Notes under the pieces: model-generated
Database searches by the model: none
Seen by the model: only the letters and a program-made list of their open reading frames with translations
What the model was told of the DNA's origin: nothing
From: an uncultured Porphyromonadaceae bacterium
Lineage (GTDB): Bacteria > Bacteroidota > Bacteroidia > Bacteroidales > Barnesiellaceae_A
DNA length: 64,000 nt
Reading direction: 5' to 3'
Assembly (NCBI GenBank): GCA_900538705.1
Contig: UPZG01000001.1
Location: 193,007 to 257,006, forward strand
Position numbers and translations under genes: made by a program
Shown here: in pieces, positions 19,252 to 27,336 of the stretch
How positions within the stretch are numbered: the first letter of the stretch is position 1
Layout of the letters: every line of letters begins with the position of its first letter

Positions 19252-19752
19252 ATGTCTGTAACTATGCGGAAAATTATCATTGCCTTATGTGCCTTTGTTG
19301 CAGCCACGTTTTTTGCGGGTTGTGAAGAGACACAATACGACCGCATTCCTGCGGCTTCGGTAAGGATAGAGTTTGGCAACGCTGCCATATGGAGTGTTTA
19401 CGGTGTTTCGGCTTATCCCGATCATAAAGAATTTATTAAAAACGAAAATTTACCCCGAGGATTTACGTACGTGGCAAATTCGGCTACGGGTTATGGAGGG
19501 GTCATGTTGTTGTGCGACCCGGTTAATACCATAAAAGCCTACGACCTTTCGTGTCCGGTAGAGCGCAGCTCTACTATTCGTATAGAATATGACGAAGAGG
19601 AGTTTGTATTGCGATGTGACAAGTGTGGCTCTACATACGATGTTGCAACAGGTTCACCTCTTTCGGGCCCTGCACACGACAACCGCTATTTTTTGCAGCA
19701 ATATACTGTATTCCTCAATGCTATCTCGGGCGGATGCCTGGTTACACGTTGA
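19252..19752 (+). CDS. Hypothetical lipoprotein
   Basis: Has the lipoprotein signal ...IIIALCAFVAATFFAGC. The C-terminal half has a CP...CDKCGSTYD cysteine pattern. No family assigned. Confidence 0.6.
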   Translation: MSVTMRKIIIALCAFVAATFFAGCEETQYDRIPAASVRIEFGNAAIWSVYGVSAYPDHKEFIKNENLPRGFTYVANSATGYGGVMLLCDPVNTIKAYDLSCPVERSSTIRIEYDEEEFVLRCDKCGSTYDVATGSPLSGPAHDNRYFLQQYTVFLNAISGGCLVTR

Positions 19753-19830
19753 GGTTTTGTAATCAATACGCCGGTATATAACCGAGGTAATACCGAGTCT
19801 AATACTATCATAATAAAAATTGTAAGCATC

Positions 19831-21819
19831 ATGGATAATCTGAATGAGGTGGTAGGCAATGAGCAAGGAATTAGCGACTTGCGATTCCTCTCGTTACTGT
19901 CGAAACGTTTTCCTACCATAGCCGATGCCTGTACTGAGATAATCAACCTGGAGGCCATTCTTGATTTGCCCAAGGGCACAGAACACTTCCTTACTGATAT
20001 TCACGGTGAATATGAAGCATTCCAGCACGTACTGAAAAATGCATCGGGTTCGGTACGCCGTAAAGTGGATGAAATTTTCGGACAAACTTTGCGAGAGAAC
20101 GAGAAAAAAGAGTTGTGTACGCTCATATACTATCCTGCCGAGAAGCTTGAGCTTGTAAAATCGACCGAAACCGATATAGATGATTGGTACTACATTACTT
20201 TGCATCAGCTTATAAAGGTGTGTAGAAATGTATCGTCGAAGTACACACGTTCAAAGGTTCAAAAGGCATTGCCCGAAAAGTTTGCCTATATCATGCAGGA
20301 GTTGTTGCACGAATCGCTTTCAGAGCCTAAGCAAGGTTACGTGAATGTGATTATAACGACTATTATAGAGGTGGGACGAGCCGACGATTTTATTATAGCA
20401 ATGTGCGAGCTCATACAACGGCTTATTATCGACTCTCTGCATATAGTCGGTGATATTTTCGACCGTGGTCCTGGTGCGCATATTATCATGGACACGCTTT
20501 GTAACTATCACCATGTAGATATCCAATGGGGTAACCACGACATTTTGTGGATGGGGGCAGCTTCTGGTAACAAGGCTTGTTTGGCCAATGTCATACGCAT
20601 TGCTTTGCGATATGGCAATCTTGCTACTATTGAAGATGGATATGGCATTAATATTCTTCCTCTTGCTACCTTTGCTATGGAGCAGTATGGCAACGATGAT
20701 TGCAACGTATTTATGCCTACAGCTACGGCGCAGATACACAATGCCAAGACAAATCGCCTTATCGCAAAAATGCAAAAGGCCATTGCTATCATACAATTCA
20801 AGTTGGAAGGACAGATTATTCATCGTAATCCTGAGTATGCGATGGACGACCGTTTGTTGCTCGATAAAATAGATATGTCTGCGAAGAGCATAACCATAAA
20901 CGGCAAATCATATCCGTTGCGCGACGCTTATTTCCCTACCATCGACCCTCATTCACCCTATACACTTACTGATGAGGAGGCTGATGTAATGAAGAAGCTC
21001 GACCACTCTTTCCGCAATAGCGAGAAGTTGCGCAAGCACATGCGCTGCCTCTATAGTAACGGCGGCCTCTATTTGGTTCGTAATTCCAACTTGTTGTTCC
21101 ATGCCTCCATGCCTCTCAATGCCGACGGTACATTTATGAAAGTTCGTATTAGGGGTAAAGAGTATGCCGGTAAGGCTCTCTTCGACAAGGTGGAACAAAT
21201 TATCCGGGAAGCCTATTTCGGTGATGCTTCTAATCCCGAACATAATTTTGATGTCGACTATATGTGGTATCTCTGGTGTGGTCCGCAGTCGCCATCGTAC
21301 GACAAGGATAAGATGACAACATTTGAGCGGTATTTTATAGCCGATAAAGAGTTGGCAAAAGAGAAGAAGGGTAATTACTATACGTTACGTAATGAGGAGG
21401 CTGTATGTGACCGTATTTTGAGCGAGTTTGGTATCAGTGGTCCTCATGCACATATCATCAACGGACATATCCCGGTCAAAGTGGCCAAGGGTGAGCAGCC
21501 TGTCAAGGCCGGCGGTAAGTTGCTGGTTATCGACGGTGGTTTTTCAAAGGCTTACCAATCTGAGACGGGTATCGCCGGATATACGCTTATATATCATTCT
21601 CGCGGATTACAGTTGGTACAACATGAGCCTTTCCAGTCGACGCAGAAAGCCATTGAGGAGGGAGTGGATATTATATCAAACCACTTTATCCTTGAATTTA
21701 ACAGCCAGCGTATGCGAGTAAGAGATACCGATATAGGTACAGAATTGATAGAGCAGATTGGTGATTTGAAAAAATTGCTTTATGCTTACCGTTCGGGGCT
21801 CATCAAAGAGCGGGAATAG
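19831..21819 (+). CDS. fbp: Fructose-1,6-bisphosphatase, class 3
   Basis: 662 aa, the size expected for this class. Metallophosphoesterase motifs are present (HFLTDIHGE, VGDIFDRG, GNHD, GH). Confidence 0.9.
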   Translation: MDNLNEVVGNEQGISDLRFLSLLSKRFPTIADACTEIINLEAILDLPKGTEHFLTDIHGEYEAFQHVLKNASGSVRRKVDEIFGQTLRENEKKELCTLIYYPAEKLELVKSTETDIDDWYYITLHQLIKVCRNVSSKYTRSKVQKALPEKFAYIMQELLHESLSEPKQGYVNVIITTIIEVGRADDFIIAMCELIQRLIIDSLHIVGDIFDRGPGAHIIMDTLCNYHHVDIQWGNHDILWMGAASGNKACLANVIRIALRYGNLATIEDGYGINILPLATFAMEQYGNDDCNVFMPTATAQIHNAKTNRLIAKMQKAIAIIQFKLEGQIIHRNPEYAMDDRLLLDKIDMSAKSITINGKSYPLRDAYFPTIDPHSPYTLTDEEADVMKKLDHSFRNSEKLRKHMRCLYSNGGLYLVRNSNLLFHASMPLNADGTFMKVRIRGKEYAGKALFDKVEQIIREAYFGDASNPEHNFDVDYMWYLWCGPQSPSYDKDKMTTFERYFIADKELAKEKKGNYYTLRNEEAVCDRILSEFGISGPHAHIINGHIPVKVAKGEQPVKAGGKLLVIDGGFSKAYQSETGIAGYTLIYHSRGLQLVQHEPFQSTQKAIEEGVDIISNHFILEFNSQRMRVRDTDIGTELIEQIGDLKKLLYAYRSGLIKERE

Positions 21820-21843
21820 CGGCTGGAACGTATATTATATAAA

Positions 21844-21878
21844 AACAAGGGGAGTGTCTCAGTGACACTCCCCTTGTT
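21844..21878. terminator. Bidirectional terminator hairpin between convergent fbp and pdxB
   Basis: A perfect 15-bp stem pairs aacaaggggagtgtc (21844-21858) with gacactccccttgtt (21864-21878), with a 5-nt loop. An A-run lies upstream and a T-containing tail downstream. Confidence 0.7.
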
Positions 21879-21933
21879 GCATGTTTGGTACAGCCTGTAT
21901 CTCGAATGTTTTTTGTTGTGCCGTTGAGAGTTA

Positions 21934-23055
21934 TTACTGTATGTTGAATCCCAAGTGGTACAGGGTGGCAGCATCTTCATCTTTGGCACCGATTACAGTG
22001 TAAGCTGGAAATTCACGGCGTAATCCGTATGAATTGCGCATGGCTTCAAAGTTCTCAGGATGCCGCTTCAGCTCATCAGTTTCGGTAAGTGGATTGTAAC
22101 TCGATAATACGGCAGTCAGTAAAGCATCGGTGTTGCCTGTAACATCGATTGTTGTAACCGGTGGAGCCAGTGGTACGATTGTCGATGTATCTATCGTTAC
22201 TCCTATTTCTCGGGCGACAGATTCTACGGTCATGCGTGTGGCATTTGATTTCCCGTCGGCTGAGTACCCGGCAATGTGGGGCGTGGCAATGAATGCAGCC
22301 GCGAGCAACTGAGCATCTATTTGTGGCTCTCCTTCCCAACAATCCATTATGATATCTGATATTATTCCTTGCGACAAGGCGTTCAGTAGAGCTTTATTAT
22401 CGACAACAGCCCCGCGCGAGCTGTTTATAATCAAAGGCTTGCGCTTGGCCGAAGAGAAAAATGCTGCAGAACCAAGATGATACGTGGCATCTGAGCCGTC
22501 GGTAGTGAGTGGTGTATGAAAAGTTATAATATCGGCCTCGTTTGCTATCGTATCGAGTGATACAAACTCTTGGGAGCTCTCAGTCCGAGCACGGGGAGGG
22601 TCGTTGAGTAATACGCGCATACCTATGGCACGGCAATATTGTGCTACTACCTTGCCTACATGTCCTACGCCTACAATACCGATGGTAAGGTCGGCCAAAT
22701 GTTGTTGCCGGGCTTTTGCCCAGGCCAGTAATGACGCTAATGCATATTGTCCTACCGATGAGGCATTACAGCCCGGGGCATTGACCCAACGGATGCCGTG
22801 GGAGGCGCAGTACGATGTGTCTATGTGGTCGTATCCGATGGTGGCTGTAGCAATGAAGTGACAGGGTGAGCCTTGCAATAAGTGGCTGTCGACGTGTGTA
22901 CGGGTACGGATGATAAGCATGTCGGCCTTTTGCACTATGTGATTGTCTATTTCGGTGGGTGCGTAATACGACATGTGCGCAAAAGGTTCCAATACTCCGC
23001 GCAAGTAAGGAATCTTGCTGTCGGCGACGATGTGGGGTTTATATATCTTTTCCAT
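21934..23055 (-). CDS. pdxB: 4-phosphoerythronate dehydrogenase (D-2-hydroxyacid dehydrogenase family)
   Basis: Shows NAD-binding GIVGVGHVG, a catalytic-type ...SRG...D... and HIAGYS. Start moved to the ATG (MEKIYKPHIVAD) at 23055. Confidence 0.85.
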   Translation of the reverse strand: MEKIYKPHIVADSKIPYLRGVLEPFAHMSYYAPTEIDNHIVQKADMLIIRTRTHVDSHLLQGSPCHFIATATIGYDHIDTSYCASHGIRWVNAPGCNASSVGQYALASLLAWAKARQQHLADLTIGIVGVGHVGKVVAQYCRAIGMRVLLNDPPRARTESSQEFVSLDTIANEADIITFHTPLTTDGSDATYHLGSAAFFSSAKRKPLIINSSRGAVVDNKALLNALSQGIISDIIMDCWEGEPQIDAQLLAAAFIATPHIAGYSADGKSNATRMTVESVAREIGVTIDTSTIVPLAPPVTTIDVTGNTDALLTAVLSSYNPLTETDELKRHPENFEAMRNSYGLRREFPAYTVIGAKDEDAATLYHLGFNIQ

Positions 23056-23106
23056 TGTGTTATTATTTTTATGTCTGAATATGTTTGACCCTGTTGGTCG
23101 TGGCAC

Positions 23107-26094
23107 CTAAGGTATCGTTTTTATATGGCATTCTTGTAAAATGACTCCTCTGCGGGTTATGTAGTGCAGTAGCTGTGCATATACTGGCGATGTCTCGAGC
23201 AAGTCCTTATATCCTATGATTACAAGTTGCTCACGCGCTCTCGTGATGGCAACGTTGAGTTTGCGGTCTATCCACATGCCATCTTCTTTGCTACTTTGCG
23301 ACAAGAAGGCCAGTTGTTCTTTTGTTGTTACGGCACATGAGAAGATAATCACGTCGTTTTGTGAGCCTTGGAATCGCTCGACCGTGTCGATGCGTATTTC
23401 GTTACAGCCTGGTAGTTGTAACCACTCTAGTTGCTGTCTGATTGCGGCTATCTGGTTGCGATAAGGGGTAATGATGCCTATTGCTTTTCCCGGGAGAAAG
23501 TCTCGTCCGTTTTGAGCATTGAGTTTGTAGAATGCTTCTACTACTCGTGCCACGGCAAGCGCTTCACTGGCATTTGAGGTATCGACAGTTTCATTTGTTG
23601 ATGGCGAGGGTGGCTCGATGTTGATAAAAGCCATGCGTGAGGTGGCAAGCATTCGTTCTGCGTCACTCATCCCTTCGTATAGTTTGTATGGTAGAGCCGA
23701 GTTTTGGTGCGGGGCGCCACCCGCTTTTACTTTACCGCTGTAAAAAACTGTCGAGGCAAAATCGGCAATATCGGGATGCATTCGCCATTGTTGCGACAAC
23801 ATGCCTGTGAGTTGCGGAAAGGCACAGTATCGGCGGTAAAGTCTTTCAAAAAGCGACATACGGCAGTCGGTAAGGCCGCACTCGATAAGGAGGTCGTCTG
23901 TTATAAGAGATTCTTCTGCCTCTTCCAGCACGATGGCCGGTAATTGTTTGTGGTCGCCTATAAGAACAAAACGGCCGATGGCAGGGCGCCCATGGCTATC
24001 GGTGGCTGCCAGCAATCCCAATAATTGGGTCTCGAGCAATTGCGATGCTTCATCGATAATAGCCGTGTCGAATTGTTTTAGTTCAAACAGCTCAGGTTTA
24101 GCAAGCAGAGAGACGAGCGATGCTACATAAATGTGGCAGGATGTGACATTCTGTATCACCTCGTCGCGGCGTTTACAATTTGCAAGTCGGTTGGATATGA
24201 GGCGATGGCGGTATGCTGTGGCGCAGGAGTTTTCCATGCCTATGCGCATATAATCGAGTAGGGGCTCTTGCTCTAAGTGTGAACATATCTCGTCGACAGC
24301 CCGATTGGTATAGGCTACCAGTAAAAGGTCGCGGTGTGGCGAGGCTGTGATTTCGCGCACCATACCCATCAGTGCTACCGATGTTTTACCTGTTCCGGGA
24401 GGTCCCATCAGCAAGTAGAGCTCGCCATTGCCTGCCGCAGTAGTGACGATTTGTTCTACCTCTTTTGAATCGTAGTGGAAAACGGGTTGCACAGGAGTCC
24501 CCATCTGCGGGCAGTAATCGCCATGTCCTAACAATAGGCGACGGCGTGGTTCGGGCATTTGTAAAAAGGCAAAGAGCCCTGCGAATTGCATTTTGAAAGC
24601 CATGTCGGAGTAATCGGCTTCCAGGACATATTTATCGCCACAGACAAAAAGCGAACTACATTGTTGTCGGTCGCGTAAGTGTATTACTACCTCTTTTGAT
24701 GTTACGCTCGTTATTACGCCTCGGAACAAGATATTATTGGCCGCGCAGCTCTCCTCATCGTGATAACGGTATAACAGTACAATGTCGCCGTTGCGGAATT
24801 TGGGGATGGTTACCTCTTGTGTTTGTATGTATGAAAAGCGTAGTAATGGCGGTTCTTCGTTGGCATAGCTCTCTTGCAGACAGAGTGGAGCCATGATACA
24901 ACCCATACGGCGTTTCTCGGCAATAGAGGCTTGCCACAGAGCCGTTATACCAGTGTGTTCGGCCGTACTGTGCGACATCTTTGACAGGTACTGTTCTCGC
25001 GACAGGAAACGGTAAAAGCGGTCGAAGTAGTGTGCAGACACTTCGTCGGTAGCGATTTGGTGCAGAGCCGATACTATGGTGTATAGGTCATGGTTGACAT
25101 ACCTTACCAAGGGATGCAAGGGCTGTTCGTATGAGGGTTGTGCCAGAGATGCTGTCAGCGTGCGCAACGGGTGCGTGTCGGTTGTATAATGCAATTCCTC
25201 TAATACGATTCTATTGCGAACTCCTATAGCTTGTTGCATAAGCGAGAGCGACAGGTGATTCTTTACTAAACTGTCTTGTGCATAGCGCGAGTAGAGCGCA
25301 TAGAAATCGGGATGATCTATGCCCAATGAGTAGTGCAGCATGAGCTGGTAGAGAGAGAGTTGTATGCGGTGGGTATCGACGATAAATCCGCCCGATTTTT
25401 TACCCGATTTCAACTCTATACCAGCAGCTCTGTGTCCATCAGTTTGCAAGAAGTCGAGTCGTCCACGCAAGCCCAGCATGGGCGATATGAAGGTAGGCTC
25501 TACCATCCCTTCGTTGCTGGAGAGTCCTGTTTTGGCAAATTCGTTCTTCACCGTGTGCAGCAGATGCTCGTGGTGCAAAGCAATATCGTTGAAGAAAGCT
25601 GTATCAATATCGGGGCATACTGCATATTCCAATGGTGATGAACCGAAAATTTTTTTTATTGTGTCGGCGAGCTTTATGCTATTGGGGTCTTCGGCATTGA
25701 CCACCTCGTCGAAGATAAGGTTGGCGGCGTTTCCCAGCAAAATATGTCGGTTGAGATGGCGTGGGCGTATACGGTTGGCAAAATAGAGTTGCCATAGATG
25801 CCCGAAAGAGCGGCAGCACTCGGCCAGAAGGCTGACGTCAATCAGAAAATCAGGCTCTACCACGATGAAGCGTGGGTGTAAGGCCGTCCCATCGTCGATG
25901 GAGTCGAGCAGGTATAGGTTGTTGCCGGGCTGTAGAAGCGGAAGGTAACCTCCAGTGGCAATATCACCTCCCATAAATGATATACGACGCTCTGATTGGT
26001 CAGGGCGTCGTATCCTTATTCCTCCACACTCCACAGCTTGCACTACGGCATATATGCACGAAGTGTCGGGTTGCTGAGGAGTATGTACATCCAT
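23107..26094 (-). CDS. Dna2-like fusion protein: N-terminal PD-(D/E)XK (Cas4/RecB-type) nuclease plus C-terminal SF1 DNA2/NAM7(Upf1)-type helicase
   Basis: The nuclease half shows EPDFLIDVSLLAECCRS, GRLDFLQ...GIELKSGK (D...ELK) and a QLSLYQL (QxxxY-like) motif. The helicase half shows Walker A MGPPGTGKTS, Walker B AIIDEASQ, ...GDHKQLP..., RMHPDI, TVERFQGSQNDVII and VAITRAR. Start moved to the ATG (MDVHTP) at 26094 so that it does not overlap the ddl-like gene. Confidence 0.8.
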   Translation of the reverse strand: MDVHTPQQPDTSCIYAVVQAVECGGIRIRRPDQSERRISFMGGDIATGGYLPLLQPGNNLYLLDSIDDGTALHPRFIVVEPDFLIDVSLLAECCRSFGHLWQLYFANRIRPRHLNRHILLGNAANLIFDEVVNAEDPNSIKLADTIKKIFGSSPLEYAVCPDIDTAFFNDIALHHEHLLHTVKNEFAKTGLSSNEGMVEPTFISPMLGLRGRLDFLQTDGHRAAGIELKSGKKSGGFIVDTHRIQLSLYQLMLHYSLGIDHPDFYALYSRYAQDSLVKNHLSLSLMQQAIGVRNRIVLEELHYTTDTHPLRTLTASLAQPSYEQPLHPLVRYVNHDLYTIVSALHQIATDEVSAHYFDRFYRFLSREQYLSKMSHSTAEHTGITALWQASIAEKRRMGCIMAPLCLQESYANEEPPLLRFSYIQTQEVTIPKFRNGDIVLLYRYHDEESCAANNILFRGVITSVTSKEVVIHLRDRQQCSSLFVCGDKYVLEADYSDMAFKMQFAGLFAFLQMPEPRRRLLLGHGDYCPQMGTPVQPVFHYDSKEVEQIVTTAAGNGELYLLMGPPGTGKTSVALMGMVREITASPHRDLLLVAYTNRAVDEICSHLEQEPLLDYMRIGMENSCATAYRHRLISNRLANCKRRDEVIQNVTSCHIYVASLVSLLAKPELFELKQFDTAIIDEASQLLETQLLGLLAATDSHGRPAIGRFVLIGDHKQLPAIVLEEAEESLITDDLLIECGLTDCRMSLFERLYRRYCAFPQLTGMLSQQWRMHPDIADFASTVFYSGKVKAGGAPHQNSALPYKLYEGMSDAERMLATSRMAFINIEPPSPSTNETVDTSNASEALAVARVVEAFYKLNAQNGRDFLPGKAIGIITPYRNQIAAIRQQLEWLQLPGCNEIRIDTVERFQGSQNDVIIFSCAVTTKEQLAFLSQSSKEDGMWIDRKLNVAITRAREQLVIIGYKDLLETSPVYAQLLHYITRRGVILQECHIKTIP

Positions 26095-26110
26095 ATTGTT
26101 GTATATGAGT

Positions 26111-27301
26111 TTATTTCCTGAGTTTTCCTCCTTTGGTTCCACCTTTTGAGCCTCCACCAAGGGCAAAGATATTTTGTGAGTAGCTGACGGTTTTATTGGC
26201 TTGTTCGCGTTTCCGTTTCAAGGCGAGCGATACCAGTTTGTCCATCAATTCGTCGAAAGGTACGCCAGTAGCTTCCCACAGGTAGAATGAGAAGGAGCCA
26301 GGGATGGCATTGATTTCGTTGACATATATTGCGCCTGTGTTGTCGTCAATCATCACGTCGACACGAGCCACGCCATGGCAAGAAAGTACTCTGAATGTTT
26401 CGCCCGCGAGGAATCGTACCCGTTGAGTCTGTTCGTCTGATAAGTCGGCCGGAATGCGTTTCTCACTGGCTTGCATGCCACTTTCTCCTTTGCTGCCTCC
26501 CATGTATTTATCTTCGTATGAGAGAATCTTGCCGCTCTTGATGGGCTCTTCGCATACTGATGTGGTGTAGTCATCGCTGTCGCCCAAGACCGAACAGTTA
26601 ATCTCTTTGAGATTTTCTACCAAGTCTTCTACTATAAGGCGAGTAGAATAACGGCTTGCTTCTTCTACCTTGGTAATTAACTCTTGTCGATTATCGGCGC
26701 GGGCAATGCCTACACTCGAGCCTAAGTTGGCGGGTTTTACGATAACGGGGTAACCTATTTTATTTTCTATCTTCTCAACCCATTTGTCGCGAGTTGTTGC
26801 CCATTGTTTATCGGTAAACCATACGTAGTCTACGACCGGAATGTCGCTATGTTCGAGTACCATCTTCATTACAATCTTATCCATACCTATGGCTGCCGAA
26901 AGTGTGTCGCAGCCGGCAAAGGGGATACCGATGGTCTCTAACAGGCCTTGAAACACACCATCTTCACCATTAGTCCCGTGCAGAGCTGGGATGGCAACAT
27001 CGAGCGTGGCTACGATGTGAGAGCCAAAAAGTGGTTTTTTGCGACGGTAGAGGTTGTAATCGCCATATTCGGGATTCATGTACACCTCTTCGCAACGGCT
27101 TTTTAAGGCCGTCATGTCTTTATAGTTCGATACCGACATGAGTGGCTCGCCGCTATACCAGCGACCCTCTTTCGATATATATATCGGTATTACGTTGTAA
27201 CGTGAAGCATCTATTGCATACATGGCCTGCAGTGCCGTCAGTATCGATATTTCATGCTCTACCGACCTGCCGCCGAAGAATACGCCTATTGTCGTTTTCA
27301 T
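26111..27301 (-). CDS. D-alanine--D-alanine ligase family ATP-grasp enzyme, long DdlA/Van-like form with an expanded loop and a Gly/Lys-rich tail
   Basis: Shows VFFGGRSVEHEIS, HGTNGEDGVFQG, and GVARVDVMIDDNTGAIYVNEINAIPG. An insertion KYMGGSKGESGMQASEKRIPADL lies at the loop position, and the C-terminus is ...ALGGGSKGGTKGGKLRK. The track start is TTG, so I use the ATG (MKTTIG) at 27301. Confidence 0.85.
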   Translation of the reverse strand: MKTTIGVFFGGRSVEHEISILTALQAMYAIDASRYNVIPIYISKEGRWYSGEPLMSVSNYKDMTALKSRCEEVYMNPEYGDYNLYRRKKPLFGSHIVATLDVAIPALHGTNGEDGVFQGLLETIGIPFAGCDTLSAAIGMDKIVMKMVLEHSDIPVVDYVWFTDKQWATTRDKWVEKIENKIGYPVIVKPANLGSSVGIARADNRQELITKVEEASRYSTRLIVEDLVENLKEINCSVLGDSDDYTTSVCEEPIKSGKILSYEDKYMGGSKGESGMQASEKRIPADLSDEQTQRVRFLAGETFRVLSCHGVARVDVMIDDNTGAIYVNEINAIPGSFSFYLWEATGVPFDELMDKLVSLALKRKREQANKTVSYSQNIFALGGGSKGGTKGGKLRK

Positions 27302-27336
27302 TGTCAATATGATTTTTGATATTCTTGTTTTATAGC

